Of a stretch of DNA of 64,000 nt, positions 37,932 through 52,286 are shown one piece after another. The DNA comes from Octopus vulgaris (lineage: Eukaryota), in contig OX597818.1 of assembly GCA_951406725.2 (NCBI GenBank), positions 121,024,001 to 121,088,000 on the forward strand, given 5' to 3'. The position numbers and the translations under genes were made by a program. The notes beneath the pieces were generated by a model that searched no databases, was not told where the DNA came from, and saw nothing but the letters and a program-made list of their open reading frames with translations. Position 1 is the first letter of the stretch, and the number at the start of each line of letters is the position of its first letter.

Positions 37932-39053
37932 CGATGATGATGATGATGATGTTGATGATGATGATGATGTTGATGATGGCAAAGGTGCATATATGACAGA
38001 CTTCCCCGTAGTTTCTTTGAATGAGCGAAACACCTAAGCCCCACGCGGCTCCGGCAGAAGGTAATGGCGAACTTCTGCTGACTCTTTCGCCACAACTTTC
38101 TCTCACTCTTTACTCCTGCATCTTGCAGCTCACCTGCTACGGACCGGCGTCCCATCCAGGTGGGGAACCTATACGCCAAGGAAACTGGGAAACCGGCCCT
38201 TATGAGCCAGGCGTGGCTCGAGAAGGAACAAACAATGATTGGTTAGGATAAATTTAGAGTTGGTGAAACGATAGCAGTTTAATGATATCTACAATGCTAT
38301 TTTACTAATATTTAGCAGCGAAGTATCCTCATTGTTTACAAATGTCCACTGTATTATTAGTCGAATAAGAAATGTACAGGAGACTAATATCTGCTGTCCA
38401 TGTAAAATTTCGAACCAACTGGAACAGCCCTATGTAGACACTCTACCTTCTAGAAATAACATCCTAATCTCCTTCAAATCACATCCTACCATTCTAAAAC
38501 GGGTAGAACATTTACATTGGGTAGCATTGTCCCCGGTACATTCTTCGTTCTCAATGATTAAGTTCAGCAGAATAAGTTTTAGAGTAATATCCTAAATTTA
38601 TTTAATTATGTTATTCTTTTTCAATCACTTAAGTACATCTATCCTCGTGTATCACAGATGTTTGGTTCCAAAATAAGAACGTGTTAAATGAATAAATGAT
38701 AAATGAATAATAAAACGTGGAGAAAATAGATTTCATTCTGAGACCCAAAGTTGTCCTGGTTACTGTGTATAATCGCTGGAGGGCACCCTTGACTGACCTA
38801 ACTATTGAATGTACTATGTTACCTCGTATCGGTGAGAAATGAATTAGTGATAAACGAGGATAGAAGTATATTTATTTTTGTTTCAGATATTTAAAGCTTC
38901 CATTTAAAATAATTTAAAATTAACCAGTAGAATTAATATTCTACTGGTTACTTTTAATCATTTGAAAACGATCATTTTACTCGTTACAGTAAAATATTAT
39001 TTGCTTGCATCTTTGCAAACTTATGACTATTTTTATTTTGTTTAATTGCTTAG

Positions 39054-39226
39054 GTCCTGTAGATGTATGCAAAGGTAAATCTGGAAGTTATCCAGACCCA
39101 GTCTCATGTAAGAGCTTTTACATATGCACGAATGGAAAAGGGTTTACTGCCTTCTGTCCTCCTAATCAGTTATTCGATCATGTTTCAAATAGTTGTGTTG
39201 AATCATCTCGGGCCAAATGTTCATGA
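39054..39226 (+). CDS. Second copy of the CBM14 terminal exon
   Basis: Same translation as 15130-15302. Confidence 0.85.
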
Positions 39227-40070
39227 GTTTCTCCAAGAAGACCACGAATCAATCTTGGAAATTAATAAATTTGAGAGTTTTTATCAAGGATTACCCATAG
39301 CAGGAAATTTTATTTCCAGTCTGTTGGTAAAATATTGTATTTAATAAAATATAGTATTAAATTTTATGAATATTTAAAATGCATTAAGTTTAATTTGTTT
39401 AAACTTGATTAAAAATCATTTTGTATTATCTTAAAATGCTTTTGTTTTTCTTGCAATTTGCTGTTACTTGAGTTAGTATAAATAAGACTGGGGTGTAAGT
39501 GTCCAATATCCAAACTTTATATTCAACCAATACCACTGTGAAGTCAATGGTCAAAATTTTTTTGTTAAAGGATCCAGTTAACCTGGCTATAAATAGGCAA
39601 AACAGTTCACCTAATATATTGATGTAATAGCTCTGATGAATTAAAATTTCCCAGTATTTAAATTCTGTAATACTTCATGAGTGGAGGCGCGTGGCTTAGT
39701 GGTTAGGGTGTTGAACTCATGATCGTAAGGTTGTAGTTTCGATTCCTGGACCAGGCGATGCGTTGTGTTCTTGAGCAAAACACTTCATTTCACGTTACTC
39801 CAGTCCACTCAGCTGGCAAAAATGAGTAATCCTGCGACGGACCGGCGTCCCGTCCAGCTGGGGAACACATACGCCATTGAAACCGGGAAACCGGGCCCAT
39901 GAACCTGGCTAGGCTTTAAAAAGGTGCATTTATTTTTTATTTAATACTTCATGAAGGTAAAGAATATAATTTTGTGGCCATTTGAAATAAAAAAAATTTA
40001 AGTGAAAAAATTGGTGGATTTTTTTCTCTTACTACTTGATAAATACTTATAAAGATTTTATCCTATTTTT

Positions 40071-40126
<56 letters not shown>

Positions 40127-40209
40127 CATACACAGATATATATATATGCACATATATATATATACATATGTAAATATATATATATACATATATACATATA
40201 TATACATAT

Positions 40210-40356
<147 letters not shown>

Positions 40357-40814
40357 CTTCCATGCAGTTTTTGTCCATCATGTTCAGTCACAAGGCATTG
40401 TTGTCCCGCGGGTATTAGTAGAAGACCTATACTTATGGTCTTATGGTGCTGCATAGGAGGACCGAAACCATGTAGTTGCAAAGTTAGTTTCTTGTTTTAA
40501 ACAAGAAATATTGGTAGAACATTCTCATCAAAAGTGTCGTAAAATACAAACATAACCACCTGACATGTTTATCTGGTATGGTTATTTACAGGTAGAGCAG
40601 TTAGTTCTTTATGTGTGAACGTTCAGTGAGAAAGGGAATATTTATGAACACTTGGCGCAGATGCAGCTGTGTGGTAAGCAGCTTCCTTCCCAACCACTTG
40701 GTTCCGGGTTCAGTCTCACTACGTGGCACCTTGGGCAAGTGTCTTCTACTATAACTTCGGGCCGACCAAATCCTTGTGAGTGGATTTGGTAGACGGAAAC
40801 TGAAAGAAGCCCGT

Positions 40815-40851
<37 letters not shown>

Positions 40852-41465
40852 ATTTGTTATTTGTGTCTGTGTTTATCCCTCATACCGTTGCTTGACAACC
40901 GATATTGGTGTTTACGTCCCCGTCACTTAGTGGTTCAGCAATAAGTGATTGATAGAATAAGTTCTAAGCTTACAAAGAATAATTCCTGGGATAGATTTGT
41001 TCGACTAAAGGTGGTGCTCCGGCATGGCCGCACTCAAATGACTGAAACATGCGAAAGAAAAGAATAAAAGAATAATTGATTCAAAATCCAAATTACAAGT
41101 TGTATTTGTACTCACAGTAATGGATACTCTTGCTTGTGTTACTAAACCTCTACGTGATAATCTGCAAAAGCTGGTATTTTCAGAAAAAGAAAATGTCCAG
41201 CTGACACGCCCGTAACACACTTAATGTATACAAGCAGTAAGTAGAACAATAAAGATATGCAAGACTGTTTAAAAGATTTAACATGTAGCTCTTTACCCAT
41301 GTTTTATTTCAATTCCAGTAATGGAGATTTATTTCTTTGTTAGAAACCCACTCCATTTTTATGGGGGGAAAGGTAAATAATTAATCAAAAACTGAGACTC
41401 ACACAGACACAGTCATATATGATAAATACAGCAGGCAATGTATTTGACTTATAATTCTGGTTTAA

Positions 41466-42329
41466 CTACACCATTATGTCGTGGTTATTCATTTCTTCAA
41501 GTGTATCTTTACTTTCGTCAAAGTATTTTGACGGACTTTGCGATGCTTGAATAGTATATACAGTTTTTTGCTTATCTTTTTTGCTTGTCTTACATTGCTT
41601 CTTTCGTTTCGTTCTGTGTCTAGGAATTTTACTATTTACAGCAGGGTATAATTTATCATTTGCAAGAGTAATAATATTTTCTGGTGATGTAGCACAGTCT
41701 TTTTTCACGTAATGTTTTTGTTGGTTAAATGTTAAAGTAGGTGTCCATGTGGGTATATAACTACTGACGTAAGAATACGTATCAGAATCATCAGAGAGGT
41801 CATATGATTGGGTTATTGACCCAGCAATATCGTTCTTTTGGAAAGGAATAGAGTCTTGTACCCATGAGTTTTCCGTATGAGATATATTCAGGTCTTTTGA
41901 GATGGAATCCTTCAGGGTAGAACTTAAATCGTGAGCTTGTGTGAGATCATTCGCAATAGAATCTCGCAAGTATGACAACTTTTTGCTCACTGGCGATACT
42001 TTATAAGAAGCTTGTCCATTTCTAAAGTTTGTGTCTTGACATTGTTCTTCCTTCGTCCACTTGTCTGTAATATCTCCAACTGAAGGTTGACGTATGAATA
42101 TATCCAACATTCCTCTAGGGAGCTCTTTGTTGTATTCGTTCAAGTTTTCTGCTGATTCAGTCCCTTCCTCTGTTGGAATATTGCCACTTATTTTATCATG
42201 ACAACATCTTATTGAGGAAGAACTATCAATTTCACCGGAATGTTTGCCACCGTCTTCAGAGGAAATCTGCATCAGTTTTCCAGTCGCTGTTGCTAAATGT
42301 TGCTGCAAACTGTGAATCAGAAGTTCTTT
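41466..42329 (-). CDS. GPR156-like terminal exon 7 ([12 protein letters not shown]...HDIMV*, long cytoplasmic tail)
   Basis: 864-nt open exon after acceptor TTTTTAG; continues the coiled coil; TAG stop. Confidence 0.82.
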   Translation of the reverse strand, partial: KELLIHSLQQHLATATGKLMQISSEDGGKHSGEIDSSSSIRCCHDKISGNIPTEEGTESAENLNEYNKELPRGMLDIFIRQPSVGDITDKWTKEEQCQDTNFRNGQASYKVSPVSKKLSYLRDSIANDLTQAHDLSSTLKDSISKDLNISHTENSWVQDSIPFQKNDIAGSITQSYDLSDDSDTYSYVSSYIPTWTPTLTFNQQKHYVKKDCATSPENIITLANDKLYPAVNSKIPRHRTKRKKQCKTSKKDKQKTVYTIQASQSPSKYFDESKDTLEEMNNHDIMV

Positions 42330-44945
42330 CTAAAAATATAACAAGAGAAACTAATAAACAAAATTTTAGCTACATATTTATTGTCATTGACATAGTTATA
42401 GAAAAGTTAGCAATAGATAAGGTTAGTTGGGACACGATAAAATTTTAGCTTTGTACCTGTACGTGAAACAGATACCAAGCCAATGAGAGACACTCTACAC
42501 GGTAGTACAGCTGCAAAGGTTCTACGGATATACTTCTGCTGTCTTAAAGACGGAAAGGATGCATTCGATAATTGCAATCCTTAAAAAGGATAAAATAATC
42601 ACATTTCGAATCATAGACCTTCGGTAGTCATAGACCTTCGGTAGTCATAGACCTTCGGTAGTCATAGACCTTCTGTGATCATAGACCTATGACCTTCTCT
42701 GATCTTCTGTGGAAAGGTTGATCGGTAACTAAACAACTACAAAAAGCAACCATAATACCTATTTCTTTACTACCCACAAGTGGGTAAACACAGAGAGGAA
42801 AAACAAGGACAGACAAACGGATTAAGTCGATTATATCGACCCCAGGACGTAACTGGTACTTAATTTATCAACCTCGAAAGGATGAAAGGTAAAGTCGACC
42901 TCGGCAGAATTTGAACTCAGAATGTAACGGCAGACGAAATACGGCGACGCATTTCGTCCGGTGTGTTAACGTTTCTGCCAGCTCGCCTAACCCTAACCTT
43001 AACCATAATACCAACACAGAGACAGTAACTGAGTATTTATATTACATACCAGCATGGTGGGAAGAGTTGTGGTTGATAGGTATTGAAGTGAGTTGGACTT
43101 CATGGAGATACAATGAAGTGCATGTGAGCGAGTTCATCGGTGTATAGATTGATTATTGGAAAGGAAACAGATGGTGTTTTTAGGTGAAGGCAATTTGATT
43201 GTTAATCCCTGCTGGATTAGTAGTGATTAATCAGAAAGCAAAATGTGGCCAGCAATTTCGGGAGAAGGAGTAAGACGATTATATCGACCCCAATATTCAG
43301 TTGGTACTTATATTATTTTTTCGAGCTCGAATGTATGAAAGGCAAAGTCAACCTCGGCAGAATTTCAAATCAGAATGCGAAGCATTTCACCCGGCGTGCC
43401 AGCAATTCCGCTCGCTCGTCGCTGTGATGTAGTTTATAGTATTAGCAAGAGACTGGAATTAGACGTATACAATACCATGAATAGTGACATGCAAGTAGGC
43501 GGAGCCGATGGGCCAACTGAAAGTGATTACCTTGTGGATCTTGGAGAGGTAGTAGGTACGAAGATGATGGGAAAATATGATGTACAGACGATGTGTTCAA
43601 TGGATATGTGAGGAAGTATTCTTATTCATGGTTCTGGCGTTGCTTTTCTCTTACCCCTATTTCGATATTCTATTATTAAGATGATAAAGAAAGCAATGTA
43701 ACTGTAATAACGTGATGAGATAAAGATATGTGAAGATATATGGAAGAATCTACAGTGTTCCCCAGGAGAGAGGTCGAGGAATTGTTTGAGGTTGTGCTGC
43801 AAACCACAGATGCTTTTCTGATACATACAAGAGTTGAAACGGTCGGTCATATGGAAAGGCAAACTAGATTCGTGTTGCGTAGAGAGGTGATGTCCTGGAT
43901 GAATGTATTGGCATTGTCTGGGGAACGAGATCAGGCATAGCATCCAGGTTTGGTGTGGTGAGGGGTGTTGAAGAAACTGTAGAACAGTCAGTCATATAAT
44001 TTATGGTCTTCATAAGGTGGCGAGCTGGCAGAAACGTTAGCACGCCGGGCGAAATGTTTAGCGGTACTTCGTCTGCCGCTACGTTCTGAGTTCAAATTTC
44101 CACCGAGGTCGACTTTGCCTTTCATCCTTTCAGGATCGATAAATTAAGTACCAGTTACGCACTGGAGTCGATATAATCCACTTACTCCGTCTGTCTGTCC
44201 TTGTTTGTCTCCTCTGTGTTTAGCCCCTTCTGGACAGTAAAGAAATAGGTATTTCGTTTGCCGCTACGTTCTGAGTTCAAATTCCGCCGAGGTCGACTTT
44301 GCCTTTCATCCTTTCGGGGTTGATTAAATAAGTACCAGTTACGCACTGGGGTCGATGTAATCGACTTAATCCGCTTATCTGTCCTTGTTTGTCCCCTCTG
44401 TGTGTAGCCCACAAGGGGCTACACACAGAGGGGACAAATAGGTATTTCGGTGTCGATAAATTAAGTACCAGTTGCGTCCTGGAGTCGATCTAATCGACTG
44501 CACCCCAACTCACTTCTCTAAACATTTCGGGCTTTATGCATAGAGTAGAAAAGAATTTATGGTCTTCATAGTCTGATTGCCATCAAAAGGTGATTAGGAA
44601 AGCTGTGAGAAGTGATGGGGTCGGATTTGAAAAGACTAATGATCCAGATATGGAAGTAAGGTGGTGTGATGCTAGTGAGGGTGAAGGGTAATTTGTTAGT
44701 GAGCAATAAAAATGGAGATATCCAGAAAGTTAACAGGTGCTAAGTATGATACATGTTAGTTCTAGAACAAGTGGGAGAAGTTCTTCGAAGAATATCATCA
44801 ATTGTATAAAATGATAAACCTGGAGCTTCTTCTATACCGGAAAAGCTGGTCGGTTGAAAGTTGATCATTTGGGGGAAGGAGGCGTTGGACATCTTACACA
44901 ATAAACATAATCCCAAAGGCCTGTATCTTCAATTCTGTGTGGGAA

Positions 44946-44990
<45 letters not shown>

Positions 44991-45547
44991 TGTACCGTTG
45001 TGTGTGTGCCTTTTGTAATTCCCCCTACACCTTTTGACAACCAGTGTTGGTTTGTTTACGTCCCCATCACTTAGCAGTCCGGCAAAAGATATCAATAGAA
45101 TAGGTACCAGACGTGGCCACAGTCCAATGACCAAACCAAGGATAAAAGAGATAAATAAATAAAAAAACAAAAGGTAGATCAATGAAATACTAACTGCTTG
45201 CATGGATCTTTTCAGGGCCGAGTTTTCTACAACTAAATGACACAGTTCTTCATAATTAGGTTCTCTTTTGCAATATGTTAAACGCTTAACAGCGGTAACA
45301 GCAGCTGGGGAATCTAATTTGTCGCTTTTACTTTTTCTCCACAATAAAATCTGAAAACATTAAAAACATTTAGAAATACAATTTGAAATTCAGGTCTGAC
45401 AAGGTTACTGCTTCGAATGTGATAATATATGACCCCGTAGATATTCTATGGTTTAATTAAAAACAACTGTTAAGTATCGACGACTAATGTGACAGGTGCG
45501 CGCACATATACGAACACCCTCACTCTCTCACACACACGCAGCTAATT

Positions 45548-45617
<70 letters not shown>

Positions 45618-45904
45618 AGCCAGTAGTGTTTGTATGTATGAGTGGTTATATATACCATTAGCGTCAATTTGAATCACTTTTTTCCCACGCACTTTATTTT
45701 TCTCACTCTTACCTCTCTCTCTCTCTCTTTCTCGGCATCTCTCTCTCTCTTTCTCAGCGTCTCGCTTTCTCGGTATCTCTCTCTCTCTCTCTTCCTCAGC
45801 GTCTCTCTTTCTCTCTTTCTTAGCATTTCTCTCTCTTTCTCGGCATCTCTCTCTCTCTCTTTCTCAGCGCCTCTCTTTCTTAGCATTTCTCTCTCTTTCT
45901 CGGC

Positions 45905-45948
<44 letters not shown>

Positions 45949-46756
45949 GTCTCTCTCTCTCTCTCTCTCTCTCGGAGTCTCTCTCTCTCTCTCTTTCTCG
46001 GCATCTCTCCCTCTCTTTCTCAGCGTCTCTCTTTCTTTCTCGGCATCTCTCCCTCTCTTTCTCAGCGTCTCTCTCTCTCTCTCTCTCCCTCTCTCTCTCT
46101 TGCTGCACGCGATTGTGCAATGCCCGAAGGTGACTGAACTCTGGGCTTATGTCGAACACCTGCTGTCGCATTCGAGAAGTGTACAACTGTCGAGCGAATC
46201 TGTAATGAAGATAGTTCCGCCGACCTTCCTGAATAGGGAGGAGCGAGCCTGTTTCCTCTCGGTAGTTGCTATGGCGAAAGAAGTAGTGTGGGAGACGAGA
46301 GTAAAAGGAATTTCAACAGGCATGTTTATCTCCAGTCTCGAGCTAATCGACTTTTTCGTTTTCCACATGAAACGGAAAATAAGGCTGGAGAAGAAATGCC
46401 TGTCGCAAAGTGTGTTTCGTAAAAGATGGAAGTCTATAGCAAGTATGTTGCGAGTGAAAGAACCTGTTTAATCAAGAATGTGAAAAAGGAGAAAGCAAAG
46501 TCTTCAGTGTGAGTATGTGGTTTGTGGGGTCAACCACGTCCTCCGCTTCATTTTTTGTTATTCACTCATTATCATTTAATTGTATATATTTTAATTATTT
46601 GTTTATTCATGTTTCGTCTCATTCGATACCCTGACCCAACGTTTGTTTTGTCCCCTCTTTTTCTCAACTTTATGGTGAATAAAGAAATACTCTCTCTCGA
46701 CGTTTCTCTTTCTCTTTGTCTTTTTCGGCGTCTCTCTCTCTTTCTCAGTGTCTCTA

Positions 46757-46799
<43 letters not shown>

Positions 46800-49700
46800 G
46801 AAGCTGTCCTTGAAAGGGAGGGCGGAGGTTGCAGAAGTGTTTATCGCCTCTGTAATCACTTACCGCCTAACCGTAGTGCCTTGCCCCGATTCGTGGCTGA
46901 ACAAACTGGAACGCATGCTCTTTCGCTTTTTGTGGAGGGGCAGCAGACCTCTTGTAAGGCGCTCTATTTGCTGCCAAAAGCCGCTGGAGGGTGGGTTAGG
47001 GATGCCGTGGCTAAAAATGCGCAGACATGCGCTCAGGCTTAGGCACCTCTGGATTTACCTGGACGGTTAGCAGGTGTGGTCTCCGTTTGTCAAGCTGTTA
47101 TTTCCACAGTTCACATCGTTTAACGAACTGAACCCATGAATCAAGTGTAGACCGAGGTTGGGCATGTAGCATGCAGAGTGCTATCAGGCACTCGTGCTTC
47201 TCTCCCAGTCGGGCAACGCCGGTGGCGGGGGTACTACCTCGTTCTTCTATAGAGGGTTAGTAGAGTTTAAGTGAGACGACGTCCTAGGAGAAACTCTGGG
47301 CTTCGACGAAAATCAACTGGCCAGCCTGTTCCAAAGAACATTCCGTCCGGGGCCTATGGATAATTACCAAAAGTCCCTGGCCTGGCAATGTTACAGAGGA
47401 GCTTTACCGGTTCGAGATAAGCTCTTTAGACATGGGTGTGCACCTTCGCCGGTTTGTGCAAGATGTAAGAGGGACAGGGAAACTGTCCTGCACGCGATTG
47501 TGCAATGCCCGAAGGTGACTGAACTCTGGGCTTATGTCGAACACTTGCTGTCGCATTCGAGAAGTGTACAACTGTCGAGCGAAACTGTAATTAAGATAGT
47601 TCCGCCGACCTTCCTGAATAGGGAGGAGCGAGCCTGTTTTCTTTCGGTAGTTGCTATGGCGAAAGAAGTAGTGTGGAAGACGAGAGTAAAAGGAATTGCA
47701 ACAGGCATGTTTATCTCCAGTCTCGAGCTAATCGACTTTTACGTTTTCCACATGAAACGGAAAATAAGGCTGGAGAAGAAATGCCTGTCGCAAAGTGTGT
47801 TTCGTAAAAGATGGAAGTCTATAGCAAGTATGTTGCGAGTGAAAGAACCTGTTTAATCGAGAATGTGAAAAAGGAGAAAGCAAAGTCTTCAGTGTGAGTA
47901 TGTGGTTTGTGGGGTCAACCACGTCCTCCGCTTCATTTTTTGTTATTCACTCATTATCATTTAATTGTATATATTTTAATTATTTGTTTATTCATATGTT
48001 TCGTCTCATTCGATACCCTGACCCCAACGTTTGTTTTGTCCCCTCTTTTTCTCAACCTTATGGTGAATAAAGAAATACTCTCTCTCTTTCTCGGCATCTC
48101 TCTCTCTTTCTCAGCGTCTCTATCACTCCCTCTCTCTTTCTCGACATCTCTCTCTCTTTCTCAGCATCTCTCTCCTTTTCTCGGCGTCTCTCTCTCTCTC
48201 TCTCTCTTTCTGGTAATGTAACTGATTGTTGGATGTCAAATATACGAGTGACAGAGTAAGATGATTAAATATTTTACTGATGACGAATTGGATGCTGTTT
48301 ACATGATTTATGACAAAATGATTGATGGTAGGATGCCTGATATAGAAGGAGTGATAGATTGTAGGATCGATGAATATTGTTTTATTGACTATTGATCTGA
48401 TTATGATTAGGTGATGTAGGTATTATGAATGATGGCAAAGGAACTGATAGAATAGAATGGCGGTATGCATAGATAACAAATGATAAGATTGATTGGTGAG
48501 TGGTCTATTATTTGACGTTTTATCTGTTTAATTGTCAAATATTACATGATCTAATATTTGTTAGTCGACTTTATATGATGGTTTAATATTTACTAATTAA
48601 GTATTTTGTGGGTGAATAGTATCTTGTGGTCTAATAATTACGTCTCAACTCTTTGCTGCTTTAATCTTTAGCCATCCGTTGACTTACTGTTGATGCTTTT
48701 ACTATCATTATGAGTATTCTGATTTTAGAATTTGTATACTCTGTCTCTGCAAAAGACGATAACAGGATTGGCGCAAGGAAGATCATCAAATTAAACACTG
48801 TATCATAAAATTAGTAAAAGCATTTGAAAGAGCCTTAGATCACAATACCGAAGTGTATAACATTTATTATGTCTTAAGTGTATATATTAATTGAAATCAA
48901 AATCAAATTCCATGACTGGCATCCGTGCTAGCGGGGTGCAAAGAGCACCATACAAGTGTGATCGTTGACAGAGCAGCTAACCGGCCTCCGTGCCAGTGGC
49001 ACATAAAAGGCACCATTCGAATATGATCGTTACCAGCGTCGCCTTACTGGAACTTGTGCCCGTGCTAGTAGGGTGCCAAGAGCACCATCCGAGCGTGATC
49101 GTTGCCAGAGCAGCCAACTGGCTTCCGTGCCGGTGGCACATAAAAGGGCACCATTCGAGCGGGATCGTTACCAACGTCGCCTCACTGGCACCCGTGCCGG
49201 TGGCATGTGTAAAAAGATTCGAGCGAGGTCATTACCAGTACCGCCTGACTGGCCCCCGAGCCGGTGGCACGTAAAAAGCACCCACTACACTCTCGGAGTG
49301 GTTGGTGTTAAGAAGGGCATCCAACTGTAGAAACTCTGCCAGATCAGATTGGAGCCTGGTGCAGCCATCTGGTTCGCCAGCCCTCAGTCAAAATCGTCCA
49401 ACCCATGCTAACATTAAAAGCGGACGTTAAACGATGATGATGAGGAGGAGGATTCTAGCCTGGTTAGCTTTAGCACAGATCAGTAAATGTTTTGTTTACT
49501 GATTTATATATCTGAACAAGTCAGAGACTGACTGAGAGTATTAAGGGCCCTCGGGCATAACTGTTTACCGGGCCCCTTTGAATGTGTGTTTTAGTAGAGT
49601 GAACATGTAGAGTGCAGGCCCCTCAGAGCTCCGGGGGCCCTCAGGCAGTGCCCGATTTACCGACGGCTCAGTTCGCCTTTGGAACAAGTATTCTCAGCTT

Positions 49701-52252
49701 GGCTCAGATCGCCTGGGGTTTTCGTCAAATGAGGTTGAAACATCGTGCCAGGTGATTCTTTGGCATTTTCATTTTGAAATACATCTCTAAGATGAATTAC
49801 TACAATTAGTACCATTCCACATTTGTATATACGTTATAAATGTACACACCTCAGTACTTTTAATGAAGGTTACTTCAGTTAATTTTTTATTCCTATTCAT
49901 TATTTTGTTTTATTTTCTAACTGATTTGTCTGTCATACTGATCTTCCCGTCATGATAAAAAGTGTTTTTAAATAAAATTTAACATCAGTTCGTAAAATGT
50001 GACGAAGAAGGACTCACCTTAGGTATGAATATAGCAGATTGAGTAAATAAAGCAAATAGCCAAATTATGACTGTAAGACCAGAATTCACCACAACAGGCT
50101 TTTCTCGAAACAGGTGCCAAAGAGCAATGCTACTGCTGCACAAGATGAAGACCGTCAGAATTATCAGTATCATAGGTTTAGCATCGTCCATTGAAGGTAA
50201 AGTAATGTTACGAATTTGCCAGGCTACATATAAGCCGAATGACAAAACGCTTCCTTTATAGATAAACAATAATGACATCCATATGTATTCGAACTCACAA
50301 CAACATCTGGGTACATTGATGACGCTGGATGCATTCATGTTAGATCTGGATGTTAAGTTTTCCTGTAAGTATAGGAATATCACTGAACAATTTTACTCAA
50401 AATTGTTCGGTTAAAGAGCGGTTGAGTTATTTCTCGTAATGTTAATAAATTTAATGATTATTTGGCAATTAGATAAAAGAGAAACATTTATTGGAAAATT
50501 TAATAAAATAGAATGCTTATTTGTCAATTTAAATATAGAAAAACTATTATTTGGTAATTTAAGTAAAAATGATTTTTATCAATTTAATCAACTGTAACTG
50601 TAGACTATATTGCGAATTTATTCATCTGTATAATATAATATACACATAACGCACACTCACACACACACCGACACACTATAAGAGCGAAGTATTTGAAGCA
50701 TCAAAATTGGCGTCAATAGATTAGATTAAGAAAGTAGATATACTTTCATGTACCTCGAGGTTATATTGTATTTAATAAGACCATAAAATTATCATAATAC
50801 TTTTTCTGGCTTAATCAGAGAAAAGTGCCGCTCTTATAGCAAAGCAATGAAGCTGAATGCTCTAGTTAACTCTAGTTAACTAAAACAAAGACAGATATCT
50901 GAGCTGACAACTATAGTTACATAAAATCATTTTTTAATAGAAATCATCGTAACATGTTAACTGGAGCCAGATGAAATTAACTTCGCGTCATATACGAACT
51001 CAGGGCTAATCGCTTGTTATTTTATATGTACTCTAACAAGCTTTTTTCTTTGCAAATAAGAATTTACTCGACAGCCATTGAAGCTGATACTTAATTCTAT
51101 ATACTGGATTCTCCCTGATATCAGTAAACTATGGAATTTTGGCAGCCGCCTTTATATCTTAGGAATATGAAAAGTACCACACATTAGAAGTAGGTTTCTA
51201 CTTGGCAATAAAGGGCCCTCTGTGGTTGCTCGGCTTACGAGAAATAGCAGCCAAGTATCTCCCCCCCCTCTCTCTCTCTTTCTCTCTCTCTCAGCCGTCG
51301 TAAAGAAAAGACAAAATGGGCGATGTAGACCTTGGCATACAAAATAACAAGATGTTCGCGACTGGAATATCATTGACCCTCGGTTTGTTTTTTTAGAGCT
51401 TATATGAGAATAAAAGTAACTTCAAGAGTATTGAGTTCCCAGAGTTAAACTTGCGATACAGTCTCAGTTTTCAATTGTTGTTATATATCTTGTTTTCTAA
51501 ATCGGGAATGGGAAGAATGCCATGTAATCTCATATCTATAAACATTATAAATCTAGGATCCTTTTCAGTTTGAACGGCAGTTTTTTCTAGCGGTGTCATA
51601 TGAAATTGTCACCCATAATTATGACCCTAGTATCGATCTGTTACATTTCAATCTGTTTTAGGGTTAGGGTTAGTTAGGATTAGGGTTTGGGTTAGGGGTG
51701 AGGGGAAGGGTATCTTTTTTTCTTCAGAAATGTAAATAAACCCAATCTGTTTCTTAAACGAGGGACATATGCATACGGCACAGAATGTTTTCACCTCAAT
51801 GGACGTCATTGATTGGTTGAAATTGCAGAAATTGAAGAAAAAAACAACAAATATCTTACAAACTATAGAATTTTCTCAATAAAGCCAAGAGAAAAAGATG
51901 TTTTATAAACACATTCTACCAGTATACGAAGTTTAAAAGTGTTTAGTTACGTGGAAATTATTTTTAAAAACTGCCGGTCAAACCGGAATGATCCGAAATC
52001 TAATAAACATATATAAATCTCACTTACTTTGGTAATTATTGGAATAAATCGATGCTTTAATGGATCCAGAGCTTGCCAGAACGTCATAAAAAACATGTCT
52101 ACAGATAGATTTGCTCCAATGAATATAAACAACCGCAAATCTTTAATAACCTGTCAAATCACATGTGCAAAATTAAATCAAATTTTACTGAAATTTCAAT
52201 CATTATTATTATCATTATTATTATTATTATCATCATCATTATTATTATTATC

Positions 52253-52286
<34 letters not shown>

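Larger units (their letters stand above)
14099..38022. repeat. Tandem segmental duplication unit, 23,924 bp
   Basis: Bounded by identical junctions ...ctttgaat|gagcgaaacacc at 14098/14099 and 38022/38023. Confidence 0.95.
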